Below, in pieces: positions 38,870 to 48,494 of a DNA stretch of 64,000 nucleotides. The notes under the pieces were generated by a model. The model was not told where the DNA came from, made no database searches, and was given only the letters and a program-made list of their open reading frames with translations. A program made the position numbers and the translations under genes. Where the stretch lies: the IMG/VR virus record IMGVR_UViG_3300047299_000128, positions 10,741 through 74,740 of that record; one strand, written 5' to 3'. This DNA comes from a virus. Numbering within the stretch: position 1 is the first letter of the stretch; each line of letters opens with the position of its first letter.

Positions 38870-41800
38870 GTTATGTTAAAAGTCCAGTAGAACTTGGCCT
38901 TAAGACAAATTGCCAAGGCATCTACATCGAAACTAATAGTCCTAGAATCGAAGGTCTGCTAGGTACAGGTTATCTAGAATTTGGTATTGGTGACACTCGT
39001 GAAGATGCACAATACAGTACCATTGCAAGCCGAATGAAGGGTCACGAAAGCTCTAAAAATCTGGGCTGGCAACATTATCTCTTAGATTCTATCCCAACGC
39101 CTGGATATCGAGATTATGCATTGCATAAAGAAGTTCGGCAATCATTTGCGGCACAACATAAGGACCCAATTACCGGTAAGCGAAACGAAGTTTTTCGTGT
39201 AGCGGTAGAAGAGATGTTGGTCCAACAATTTGTTAAGTCTAAGGATTTTGAACCTATCCGTATTTGGTTGACTGAAAAAGTTCGTAAGTGTGCGGCCAAA
39301 CTGAATCCCAATCATGAGAAACAGGCAGTGACTAAGCGTGATATTCAGATTCTTGTTATTAAGAAAATCTTGTCTACTCTGCGACAAAAGGGTCTAGTCA
39401 CTAACTTCGTTTGCGAACTTGCCGCTCGTATCGGTAAGACTATTTTGTTCTTATCTCTTGCAAAAGAAATGCGAGAAGAATTCGGTCATGAAGCCATGTT
39501 TGTTATGGCCTATGGCGTTGGCTTGAGCGTTAAAACATCTTACAAAGACGAATGTGCAAAATACAGCGACTTTGACATGATGCAGTTTATCGATGCCGCT
39601 GATAATGATGCCGAAAGTCAATATAAGCAAGCTATTGCAAAAGGCAAAATGCCTGTAGTGTTTATCAGCCTTAATCCCGACGCAGAAGAAAAATATGAAT
39701 GGATTAATCAACTAGCAGGTACCTATATTGCCCTGCTAGAAGAAACCGACTTTGGCACTCATACAGATAGTCAAGTAGAAAAAGTTGATTACATTTTAGA
39801 AAACAAAACAGCTACTCGTATCAATGCTAGTGGCACTAATATTGGTCGACTGGCTAAGGCGTTTGGCGAGAATGCCATTGATGAGATTATTAGCGTTCCC
39901 TACTGTATGGTAGAACAAGATCCAAGCATTCCTAATGTAGTAGTGCGCCGATTCTACAATATGTTGTTTAATAGTCGTATCAATAAACTACTAGAAGACT
40001 TTGACAAGGATCTGTTGCCTAACATTACAAAGATCTTGTCTAAGCCTTTGAGTCAGCAAAAGTTTATTAGTGCATTGTTCCAAGATATCTTTGGGTATCA
40101 ACCTATCTACGGATTTAATATCAGTGACTGTGCTGGTGAAGAAATTAAACACTCAATGTTGTTTGTTAATATCTCTAAGCAAGCAATGGATCAACTTGCA
40201 GAAGTCATTGAAAAGGCATGCCCTGAGCATAAGGTTCTAATCCTCAACAGCTACTATACTGACAACAAAGAAGCCGAAGGTGATACCAAAGAAGAACTAG
40301 TTCGCCTACAAAACAGATATTATGAAGACCGTGACAAACTGCTAGTGATCACTAACATGATGGGCACTCGCAGTTATAGCATTCCGGAGATTCAAGCATG
40401 TTTGTTTATGCAAGAAGGCGGAGATGTCTATCCTTACATGCAGAAGTATAGTCGTTGCCTTACACCCGGTTATGGTAAAAAGTTTGGTCACATCTTTGAC
40501 TTTGCGTTTGATCAGAGCAAGACTCGTAATACTGTAATGAGTGTTGCAGTAGAAGCGGCATTATTGATTCGTCAAAAAGGTAAAACTTATCCCGACGCAG
40601 TTCGCGAAGTGTTGAATAGTGTCAACATTAAGGATATGGTTTCTGGCAACTGGATCGATGCTGACGAAGTTATCAAGCAGTTCGAAGACAACAATAAGTT
40701 GTTGGAGATTGCAAACGCACATACACGGATTACCATCGAAGATCTTACTTCTGAAGAGATTGAAGCATTTGGAGAGTTGGCTAAACGCTCTTCTGGAAGT
40801 AAGGCAGAAAAGTCTAAGATTGATAAAGTTGTTGCTACTGGTAAGACTTTTGATTCTGGTAATACTGCCTCTGGTAGACCAAAAAAAAATCCTCTTAAAG
40901 CAATCGTAGAAAAAGCCATTCGCATGATTAACGGAAGTGCTACCACTGTGCTAGCCTTAAGCAATTATCAAGGAGAAAGTTTCCTTGAGTGTGTAGATAT
41001 CATCGATGCTAGTGCAGAAATGAGCCGTGAGTTTGCAGAACTATATGGCGTATATCCCGATACAATTAAGCGGCTTGCAAATCGCCTAGAGATTTCTACG
41101 CTAGACATGATTGTTAGGATGAGTAAATATAACAACAAACAGAAGCACATCGAGAACAATGCACTGGCTATTCTTAAAGATGATCCAAAACTTTGGTTTG
41201 ATATCTTTGGTAATCGAGAACTAAAGCGTTTTATTAAGAGTAAACATTGCAAACGGATTCTTGTAGTAGCAGGCGGCCATGGTTCCGAGATCGATGTTCT
41301 TGTGGACATGTTTGGTGTTGAAATTGTAGACAAGATTGTGTATAATGACAAATACAGTTTTCTCTGTAATCAGATTAAACGCAAGTATCCTACTATTGAA
41401 GTAGTTAAAGGAGACTTTACAGAATTGGAGTTTAGTATGAAATTTGATGTAGTAGTAGGGAATCCTCCTTATCAGGATTCTAATAATGATAAGAGAATGT
41501 TATGGAATCAAATTCTAGACAAAGCGACCGAAGTTACTAACAACAATGGTTATATTGCGATGGTCACACCAACAACCTGGCTTACTGCAAAAACAAATAT
41601 CCACAATAGTTATAAAATGTTTGAAGAAAAGCAAGTAGAGCGAGCAGTCATTTTTGATAAAAATGACAAACCGTTTGATGAAGGAACCAGCGTTTCTTAT
41701 ACCATTACTAAAAACATAAAACGAACAGCTCTTACTCCATTGTATTTTGCACAATACTCTGCGGGAGTAGAAAATCATGTTGCAGATATTGATATCTCTA

Positions 41801-42333
41801 AAGATAAAATTTGGCCAGGCCAACTTACACCTGTGAATATTGCTATACACAATAAACTTCAAACTCACAAAAAGATTAAATTCTTAAAGAGCTGTGAGTT
41901 CCATAATCAGAAACTTAAAACAAAAAAGATGGTATCTGACACTAAAGATTCTGTATTCCAATACACACATCATGTTAGTGCCGCTATTACAAGATACACT
42001 AATACTAAATTTAGTGCCCACGATACTTGGAAAGTAATGGTCCCTGTTACATCGACTATCGATAAAGCAGTAATTGATAATAATTGCGGCCATGGAGAGG
42101 ACATGCTGAGTCTGTATGTTAAAGATGAAAAAACTGCGTTAAATATCAAAAGTCTTTTTAATACTCGATTTTATAAATTTATAGGTATCTTATATAAAAG
42201 CGGCAGAAATCAGCCATTGCAAAATCTATTTCCCGTAATGGATTTTACAAAAGTTTGGACTGATGCAGAACTATACGCTTATTTTAGTCTGAAGCAAGAA
42301 GAAATTGACTATATCGAAGCCAATGTTAAGTAA
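38866..42333 (+). CDS. R-M-like fusion: putative N-terminal nuclease, SF2 helicase/ATPase, Eco57I-type adenine MTase and TRD
   Basis: GIYIE N-terminus; ELAARIGKT Walker A; LEETD Walker B; QKYSRCLTP motif VI; FDVVVGNPPYQ; TDAELYAYFSL..EEIDYIE end. Confidence 0.7.
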   Translation: MSYVKSPVELGLKTNCQGIYIETNSPRIEGLLGTGYLEFGIGDTREDAQYSTIASRMKGHESSKNLGWQHYLLDSIPTPGYRDYALHKEVRQSFAAQHKDPITGKRNEVFRVAVEEMLVQQFVKSKDFEPIRIWLTEKVRKCAAKLNPNHEKQAVTKRDIQILVIKKILSTLRQKGLVTNFVCELAARIGKTILFLSLAKEMREEFGHEAMFVMAYGVGLSVKTSYKDECAKYSDFDMMQFIDAADNDAESQYKQAIAKGKMPVVFISLNPDAEEKYEWINQLAGTYIALLEETDFGTHTDSQVEKVDYILENKTATRINASGTNIGRLAKAFGENAIDEIISVPYCMVEQDPSIPNVVVRRFYNMLFNSRINKLLEDFDKDLLPNITKILSKPLSQQKFISALFQDIFGYQPIYGFNISDCAGEEIKHSMLFVNISKQAMDQLAEVIEKACPEHKVLILNSYYTDNKEAEGDTKEELVRLQNRYYEDRDKLLVITNMMGTRSYSIPEIQACLFMQEGGDVYPYMQKYSRCLTPGYGKKFGHIFDFAFDQSKTRNTVMSVAVEAALLIRQKGKTYPDAVREVLNSVNIKDMVSGNWIDADEVIKQFEDNNKLLEIANAHTRITIEDLTSEEIEAFGELAKRSSGSKAEKSKIDKVVATGKTFDSGNTASGRPKKNPLKAIVEKAIRMINGSATTVLALSNYQGESFLECVDIIDASAEMSREFAELYGVYPDTIKRLANRLEISTLDMIVRMSKYNNKQKHIENNALAILKDDPKLWFDIFGNRELKRFIKSKHCKRILVVAGGHGSEIDVLVDMFGVEIVDKIVYNDKYSFLCNQIKRKYPTIEVVKGDFTELEFSMKFDVVVGNPPYQDSNNDKRMLWNQILDKATEVTNNNGYIAMVTPTTWLTAKTNIHNSYKMFEEKQVERAVIFDKNDKPFDEGTSVSYTITKNIKRTALTPLYFAQYSAGVENHVADIDISKDKIWPGQLTPVNIAIHNKLQTHKKIKFLKSCEFHNQKLKTKKMVSDTKDSVFQYTHHVSAAITRYTNTKFSAHDTWKVMVPVTSTIDKAVIDNNCGHGEDMLSLYVKDEKTALNIKSLFNTRFYKFIGILYKSGRNQPLQNLFPVMDFTKVWTDAELYAYFSLKQEEIDYIEANVK

Positions 42334-42988
42334 AGTAATTGATCACATTCGCAACCGCAGTTACATGAGCGGTGTAGATCGAGAGAAGTCTAGGGTAAAG
42401 GCAACAGGAGAAGTCTTTACTCCGACTCCTCTTGTGCAGGAAATACTAGATCAATTGCCCGCTGAAGTGTTTACTGATCCTACTAAAACTTTTCTAGACC
42501 CAACTTGCGGTGACGGTCAGTTTCTTGGAGAAGTTTTAATCCGTAAGATGGAGAATGGCTCAACATTTGAACAAGCATTGTCTACTGTATACGGCGTTGA
42601 CTTGATGATTGATAATGTAGACTTGTGTCGTGAACGATTGCTCTGCGGCAGGGAAGATCTGCGTCATATTGTAGAAAAGAATATAGTGTGCTATAATGGC
42701 TTGGAATACGATTTCGAATTTTCTAGAAGAAAAAACATAGAAGTTAAGCATGAAAATAAAGTAAGGAAAGATGCAGAACGTGCAAGAAAGAAAGCAGAAA
42801 AAGAATTAGAAGCGGCAAGAAAGAAAGCAGAAAAAGAAAAGTTAAAAATAGAAAAACTTAAAACAGAAGCAAGGAAAGTTATATGGAACTTGATGGTTCT
42901 TAAAACAGGAAAAGCACCAACAGAGACTATAATTGAACGGGAATTAAGAAAACGATTTCCAGATGTAAAAGGCAAAACTGCTCACTAA
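42323..42988 (+). CDS. Short N6-adenine methyltransferase-like protein (SAM-binding half only)
   Basis: GEVFTP (motif X); FLDPTCGDGQFL (motif I); YGVDL (motif II); no NPPY; Lys/Glu coiled-coil tail. Confidence 0.75.
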   Translation: MLSKVIDHIRNRSYMSGVDREKSRVKATGEVFTPTPLVQEILDQLPAEVFTDPTKTFLDPTCGDGQFLGEVLIRKMENGSTFEQALSTVYGVDLMIDNVDLCRERLLCGREDLRHIVEKNIVCYNGLEYDFEFSRRKNIEVKHENKVRKDAERARKKAEKELEAARKKAEKEKLKIEKLKTEARKVIWNLMVLKTGKAPTETIIERELRKRFPDVKGKTAH

Positions 42989-43015
42989 TCCTAGACTAAA
43001 CATCTAGGATTTTTT
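42987..43015 (+). terminator. Rho-independent terminator
   Basis: AATCCTAGA-ctaaaca-TCTAGGATT followed by a T run. Confidence 0.75.
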
Positions 43016-43038
43016 ATTTTTAAAAGTTAAATAAACAT

Positions 43039-43172
43039 ACTCCAGGTCACCGGAGTCGCTTCCTCCACTCATAGTAGTGTGCAAATTCCAGGGAGCCCAG
43101 CTGAGTGCAATGCTCAAATGGTAGGCGATCCTTCTATTCCAGAGATCGTCAACGGCGGTGGCACATTTTTTT
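43039..43172 (+). ncRNA. Candidate structured non-coding RNA or leader
   Basis: GC-rich intergenic island with several stems, preceded by GTTAAATA and ending in a T run. Confidence 0.35.
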
Positions 43173-43193
43173 AAACACAAAGGAATGTCCAAC

Positions 43194-43460
43194 ATGACAA
43201 TCAAATTTTTCAAACCTTCAGACCCACGTCTTTATAAAAATATAAACGATGACTGGGTACGAGATAATCTCAAAGTAGAAAGTATAGAACAACTGGATGG
43301 TGATCCTAGTGCTTACTTTATTCTTAAATTTAAAGAAGCATTTAACGAAAATACAAAAGAATTTAGAATAGTTGTAAAACACAAAAACTTCTTTAGAGAG
43401 CATTTTACTAACTACAATGATGCCATGGAGGTAATCAATCGAGTCAAGGAGAAACTATGA
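43194..43460 (+). CDS. Hypothetical protein
   Basis: AAGGA RBS before ATG 43194. Confidence 0.6.
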   Translation: MTIKFFKPSDPRLYKNINDDWVRDNLKVESIEQLDGDPSAYFILKFKEAFNENTKEFRIVVKHKNFFREHFTNYNDAMEVINRVKEKL

Positions 43461-44128
43461 GTAAATGGTTACCTCCTTTATTATGTCCAATTCCCAAAGG
43501 TCACTTTAGTCATTATCAAACGCCCGATCCTAATGCAGGAATGAGCACTTGGGCAAGGTATTTCTTAAAGAATAAAAAATTGTTGAGATACCCAAGTAAA
43601 GAAAATGGATTTATGGCGTTCCCGCAGCCGGATACTTATAGAAGGTTGTTTGCCCGTAGAACTTCTGAAAAACCAAAAGCGTTTAAAAAAGAAAAAACGG
43701 AATACATAATGTTTGATCCGACTGGAAAATTTTTAAGAAGGGATCATACATTAAAAGAGGCAAAACATCGATTATCATTAAATGAGACCATATTTAAAAA
43801 TAGATATGGTCAAATAACAAAAAGAGAAATTCCCCCGGGATCTTATATATTAAAGAATATAAATGAAACAGCGGCATTCAATTGGGATAGACCTACTATC
43901 GAGAATACAGAACCAGTTGCAGTCAAACGATGTGCAGAATGTCCTAATAAGACTAGCACTAAAGGAATTTGTTATTGCGGTTTTTGGTCGGTTATCCGAG
44001 ATAGCTCAAATCCAAAGGCCTGGTGGCCGATTCATGATAGAAGAATGTTCGAGATACGTTTACAGAAAGAAAAGAAAAAAGTGATAAACGTTACCGTTAG
44101 ATTGCAAGATATTCTTCGAAAGAAATGA
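43457..44128 (+). CDS. Basic hypothetical protein with a Cys cluster
   Basis: 223 aa; GGAG RBS; CAEC...CYC. Confidence 0.6.
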   Translation: MSKWLPPLLCPIPKGHFSHYQTPDPNAGMSTWARYFLKNKKLLRYPSKENGFMAFPQPDTYRRLFARRTSEKPKAFKKEKTEYIMFDPTGKFLRRDHTLKEAKHRLSLNETIFKNRYGQITKREIPPGSYILKNINETAAFNWDRPTIENTEPVAVKRCAECPNKTSTKGICYCGFWSVIRDSSNPKAWWPIHDRRMFEIRLQKEKKKVINVTVRLQDILRKK

Positions 44129-44134
44129 ATAAAG

Positions 44135-44159
44135 AAGCAACCATAAAGGTTGCTTTTTT
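44135..44159 (+). terminator. Rho-independent terminator
   Basis: AAGCAACC-ataaa-GGTTGCTT-TTTT. Confidence 0.8.
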
Positions 44160-44185
44160 ATTGACATATATGTTATACTATATCT

Positions 44186-45640
44186 ATGACATCGTGTACA
44201 ATACATTTACGCGACGAAGTAAATATCAAAATATCCAATTTAGAAGTTGCTACTCGTCGTCGTTTAGAAAAACAATTTAAATTCTTTCAACCATGGGCTT
44301 TTCACAGTCCCGCTTATAAACTAGGACGCTGGGACGGGTGCGTTAGTTTCTTCTCACTCGGGGGCGCAAGTTATTTTAATTTATTAGAACAAATATTGCC
44401 TACGCTAGTAGATGAAGGTTATCATATAGAAATTGATGACCAAAGGGCGCAACATAACTTTACATTTACTCCTGTTCACGAAGAAACACATGCACAAACT
44501 ATTTGGCCTAAAGGACATCCAAAAGCAAGTGAGCCTGTTATGCTACGAGACTACCAAGTAAATGCAGTTAATGAGTTCTTAAACAATTTACAATGCGTAC
44601 AAGAAATTGCTACGGGTGCTGGTAAAACGGTTATGACAGCTACGCTGAGTAAAAGTGTAGAAGCATATGGACGCAGTATTGTTATTGTACCTAACAAGGA
44701 CTTGGTAAAACAAACTGCCGAGGATTATGTGCTATTAGGTTTAGATACAGGCGTTTACTTTGGCGACAGAAAAGAAACAGGCAAAACGCATACTATATGC
44801 ACTTGGCAAAGTTTAAACAGTTTACAAAAAAGATTCAAGGATGGAGAAAGTCCCGTTAGTTTGGAAGACTTTGCAGAAGGTGTAGTTGCATTAGTAGTCG
44901 ACGAAGTTCATCAAGCCAAAGCCGACGTACTTAAACAATTACTAACAGGCCCATTTGCCAACGTACCTATTCGCTGGGGACTAACTGGTACTATCCCTAA
45001 AGAGGACTCGGATAAAGTCACGCTACTATCTACATTGGGTCCTGTTATCAATAAAATTGCCGCAAAAGACTTGCAAGATCTTGGCGTGCTGGCCAATTGC
45101 AACGTTAACATTATGCAAGTGCAAGACACGGTAGAATATAAAAACTATCAAGAAGAACTTACATACTTAACAACAAACAAAAATAGACTGGATTATATTG
45201 CTGGTTTTATTCAAGAATTATCTGCAACAGGAAATACATTGGTATTGGTTGATAGAGTTAAGTGTGGAGAAATGCTAGTAGAACGCTTACCAGACAGTTC
45301 TTTTGTAAGCGGTGCAATGAAAACAAATGATAGAAAGGATCAATATGACGAAGTTAAAACGGCAAATAACAAAATTATTGTGGCTACTTATGGCGTGGCT
45401 GCTGTTGGTATCAATATACCCCGTATTTTTAATCTTGTTCTTATTGAACCCGGAAAGAGCTTTGTTAGAGTTATCCAATCTATTGGCCGCGGTATTAGAC
45501 GGGCTGAAGACAAAGATAGTGTAGAAATTTGGGACTTAACTAGCAGTGCAAAATTTAGTCGCAGACATATGGCAACTCGTAAAAAATATTACGACGAAGC
45601 TGGGTATCCATATAAAGTACAGAAAGTAAAATTACCATGA
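44186..45640 (+). CDS. uvsW: SF2 DNA helicase UvsW
   Basis: WDG; LRDYQ; ATGAGKT; VDEVH; GLTGT; QSIGRGIR. Confidence 0.9.
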   Translation: MTSCTIHLRDEVNIKISNLEVATRRRLEKQFKFFQPWAFHSPAYKLGRWDGCVSFFSLGGASYFNLLEQILPTLVDEGYHIEIDDQRAQHNFTFTPVHEETHAQTIWPKGHPKASEPVMLRDYQVNAVNEFLNNLQCVQEIATGAGKTVMTATLSKSVEAYGRSIVIVPNKDLVKQTAEDYVLLGLDTGVYFGDRKETGKTHTICTWQSLNSLQKRFKDGESPVSLEDFAEGVVALVVDEVHQAKADVLKQLLTGPFANVPIRWGLTGTIPKEDSDKVTLLSTLGPVINKIAAKDLQDLGVLANCNVNIMQVQDTVEYKNYQEELTYLTTNKNRLDYIAGFIQELSATGNTLVLVDRVKCGEMLVERLPDSSFVSGAMKTNDRKDQYDEVKTANNKIIVATYGVAAVGINIPRIFNLVLIEPGKSFVRVIQSIGRGIRRAEDKDSVEIWDLTSSAKFSRRHMATRKKYYDEAGYPYKVQKVKLP

Positions 45641-46137
45641 ACATATTAACAGTAAACAACCAAGCGTTCGAGCTTAATCAATTACCAGACGAAGTAGACG
45701 ACTTGCGTTATGGTGTACTAGACTGGAATGATCCTAAAAACGTAGACTATCATTTTGTCCCTTTAATCTTCATGGAAACATTTCATGCACCCGCCGCAGT
45801 ATTAAAAATTGGCGAAAAGATTATTCAGGTTCCTTTAGATTGGTATGTAGTTATTGGCGAAAAGGATCACGGCGACCCAGAAATAGTTCCTATTATGAAT
45901 ATCAACGACAGAGGTTTTAGTGCATTTGTATTCAATCCTATTAGTAGTTTTAGACTGGATTTTCAACCATTAGAAATCATCAACGTGTTCCAAGACATAC
46001 GCTGGTTTACGCCAAAACTTAAGCATGGGCATATACTAGCGGTCCCATTGGATAATAGTGATAACCCATTGTGTGCTTACTTTGTCAAAGAAACGAACAA
46101 GCTACCCGAAGTATTATCCATAGACAAAATGTATTAA
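45637..46137 (+). CDS. Conserved hypothetical protein
   Basis: 166 aa; coupled to uvsW. Confidence 0.7.
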   Translation: MNILTVNNQAFELNQLPDEVDDLRYGVLDWNDPKNVDYHFVPLIFMETFHAPAAVLKIGEKIIQVPLDWYVVIGEKDHGDPEIVPIMNINDRGFSAFVFNPISSFRLDFQPLEIINVFQDIRWFTPKLKHGHILAVPLDNSDNPLCAYFVKETNKLPEVLSIDKMY

Positions 46138-46154
46138 AGAGTATATAATACACT

Positions 46155-46640
46155 ATGGCAAAAGCTCCTTTATTAGATATGTTTAAACGAGTTCTCCCCG
46201 CGGCAGATGCAAGGAGAAAAGAATTCTTATCTTCGCTTACAGAAGAAGAAGTCAAAGGGTTCAGCCCTTGGCTTGTTATGCGTTATTTAAGCAGTGCAGA
46301 AAGTGCTCATAAAGAAGTTATAGAACATTATCTCATTATGACAAATGAGTTAGTTAACATAAATTTTAGTGAGTTTAAAAACGATCCCGAAATGATGTGG
46401 AAGCTAATGTCTATCGTCGGCATCGGACAAACAGTAAAGCATCCATACGTTGCCCCTGGTAAAGGTAAAAAGAAAAAATCTAATGCCTTTAAAGCCTGGT
46501 TGCACGAGCAGTACCCCCATTTAAGTGAGCAAGAAATTGACCTTTGGTTCTCAAACATTACAAAAGAATTTGCAAGAGATATGCTCGAGCAGTATCAAAT
46601 TAAAGACAAAGACGTCATCTCCGCAGCCAATGACCTTTAA
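46155..46640 (+). CDS. Putative clamp-loader small subunit (T4 gp62-like)
   Basis: FSPWLVMRYLS...NELVN pattern resembles gp62; promoter TAGACA-17-TATAAT at 46121-46149. Confidence 0.45.
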   Translation: MAKAPLLDMFKRVLPAADARRKEFLSSLTEEEVKGFSPWLVMRYLSSAESAHKEVIEHYLIMTNELVNINFSEFKNDPEMMWKLMSIVGIGQTVKHPYVAPGKGKKKKSNAFKAWLHEQYPHLSEQEIDLWFSNITKEFARDMLEQYQIKDKDVISAANDL

Positions 46641-47310
46641 ATGTAGATACTGCGAAAAGGATTTTGTTAGAGAATCTACGCTGGCTAGTCATTTGTGCGA
46701 ACCAAAACGCAGAATGTTAGCCAAGGATACTAAACAAAATCGTATAGCATATCAAAGCTGGTTGTTATTTAGGCGATTGACTATTGCTAATATTAAGCAT
46801 GACAAACAATATGAAGAATTTATTACTAATAGATACTTTACAGATTTTATGAAGCTATCCAAGCATATTATTGACTTGGGCATAGAAGATCCAGAAGGGT
46901 TTGTTAAGTTTGTTATTATGAACAGTGTGCCGATTAGAGATTGGCAAAAAGCAGTAGTATATGAAACATATATCAAAGACCGCACTAAAAAAGAAACAGT
47001 AGAACGTGCAGCCGAACGAAGTATATTGAATATGACAGCATGGGCAGAAAAAACTAAAAATGATTTAACTGATTATTTTGTACAAGTTAGTACGCCTGAA
47101 GCAGTGCAGGATATTAGAATGGGACGAATTAGTCCGTGGTGTTTATTTGCAACTGACCAAGGCAGCAGACTAGTAGACAGACTAGAGCCGGGGCAAGTAC
47201 AACAGTTGGTAGATTATATGGAGCCGTTAAGTTGGCGAGCAAAAGTTAAACGACAGCAACAAGATGCTGAATGGATACAAAAAGTTTTTAATAAGGCAAA
47301 TGTAAAATGA
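46630..47310 (+). CDS. Zinc-finger protein
   Basis: FKCRYCEKDF...LASHLC at the N-terminus; start revised to 46630. Confidence 0.7.
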   Translation: MTFKCRYCEKDFVRESTLASHLCEPKRRMLAKDTKQNRIAYQSWLLFRRLTIANIKHDKQYEEFITNRYFTDFMKLSKHIIDLGIEDPEGFVKFVIMNSVPIRDWQKAVVYETYIKDRTKKETVERAAERSILNMTAWAEKTKNDLTDYFVQVSTPEAVQDIRMGRISPWCLFATDQGSRLVDRLEPGQVQQLVDYMEPLSWRAKVKRQQQDAEWIQKVFNKANVK

Positions 47311-47537
47311 ACCAGTACCAAGAACGCAAACTACCCGCTTTGCTAAAAAGCACTAAAGAATCTACAAACTCTTTTAAACTAAACAATGGGTTAGTCGAGT
47401 TTACTATAGACGGAGAACGAGTAGTTGTCCCAACCGCCGAAGCATTCCAACGCTTACTTAAAAAGGTGGCGGTGCTAGAACAACGTTTGTACAGCACTGA
47501 TAATAAAGTAGCTAGAACCGCAAAGGCCCGCGAATGA
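47307..47537 (+). CDS. Hypothetical protein
   Basis: 76 aa; ATGA overlaps on both ends. Confidence 0.65.
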   Translation: MNQYQERKLPALLKSTKESTNSFKLNNGLVEFTIDGERVVVPTAEAFQRLLKKVAVLEQRLYSTDNKVARTAKARE

Positions 47538-48097
47538 GCACAGATGTAGACATCGACTTTGCTAATAGAGAACAAGCATTGGCATTGATCGATCATACAG
47601 TTGCTATGATTAAAGATGGCGACAAACAAAAGAAGCACAACACCGGTGTTTACTTTCACACTGCCCCTGTGAATCCGTTTACAGGTTTGTCGACACTTGA
47701 TTACAAACAAGCAGAAACTAAAGGTTGGTTTAAGATCGACTTACTCAACGTTGGTATTTACGGAGAGTTTGCTTCTAATGAAGAAATAGATTATTTGTTA
47801 GAACAAGAACCTGTATGGGAATTGTTAGAACACAGAGAAGTTATCGGACAGTTGTTTCATATACATAATCACGCAGACACTGTTATTAAAATGAAGCCCC
47901 GTACTGTAGAACAATTAGCCATGGTGCTGGCAGTTATTCGTCCGGGTAAAAAGCATCTAATTGGGCGTAGTTGGAATGAAATAGAGCAGGAAGTTTGGAC
48001 TAAAACAGATGATGTTTATAGTTTTAAAAAAAGCCATGCCGTTGGTTACTCGATGGCGATTGTTTTACAAATGAACAAATTAGCTTATAGCCGTTGA
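47534..48097 (+). CDS. Miniature DnaE (family C DNA polymerase III alpha) catalytic core
   Basis: DVDIDF, KHNTGVY, KIDLL, AVIRPG and YSFKKSHA appear in DnaE order within 187 aa. Confidence 0.8.
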   Translation: MSTDVDIDFANREQALALIDHTVAMIKDGDKQKKHNTGVYFHTAPVNPFTGLSTLDYKQAETKGWFKIDLLNVGIYGEFASNEEIDYLLEQEPVWELLEHREVIGQLFHIHNHADTVIKMKPRTVEQLAMVLAVIRPGKKHLIGRSWNEIEQEVWTKTDDVYSFKKSHAVGYSMAIVLQMNKLAYSR

Positions 48098-48453
48098 ACT
48101 AGTTGTATTTGTCTGCGTTTGATTCGTTTGGTTATGATATTTTGAAGGCTGACAGGCTCGCCATGGATTATACTAAAATCCTTAACGTTATAAGTGCGTA
48201 AGCAGTAGCTGAATTTTTTAAATTTCGGTCCTATAAAAAGATTAACAGGCAGTTGTCTATTACTTTGCCACCACCATTCTTCGCCAAATTCTAAAAATTC
48301 TTGTTTGTCTTCTTTGCAGTTTAATACGTGATATACATATAGACTAGCTATAGTGGGTGTATAATTTTGAATAATCCCCAATACTTCTTCTTCACCGATC
48401 TTGCATAAACTTAAAAAGGGAAACTTTTCTAATATTTCTGTGTAGTTTGCCAT
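48085..48453 (-). CDS. Hypothetical late protein
   Basis: 122 aa; minus-strand TATAAATA 6 nt upstream of the ATG. Confidence 0.7.
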   Translation of the reverse strand: MANYTEILEKFPFLSLCKIGEEEVLGIIQNYTPTIASLYVYHVLNCKEDKQEFLEFGEEWWWQSNRQLPVNLFIGPKFKKFSYCLRTYNVKDFSIIHGEPVSLQNIITKRIKRRQIQLVQRL

Positions 48454-48459
48454 CTGTTG

Positions 48460-48489
48460 TATTTATAACCAAAAAATCAAATATAAATA
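48460..48489. promoter_or_regulatory. Divergent late promoters
   Basis: TATAAATA on the minus strand (48460-48467) and on the plus strand (48482-48489). Confidence 0.7.
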
Positions 48490-48494
48490 TAAGT

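Noticed and set aside
43039-43172. tRNA, hammerhead or HDV-like ribozyme
   Set aside because: No TTCG T-loop or cloverleaf, no CUGANGA/GAAA core, and the HDV P3/P1 pairing cannot be completed
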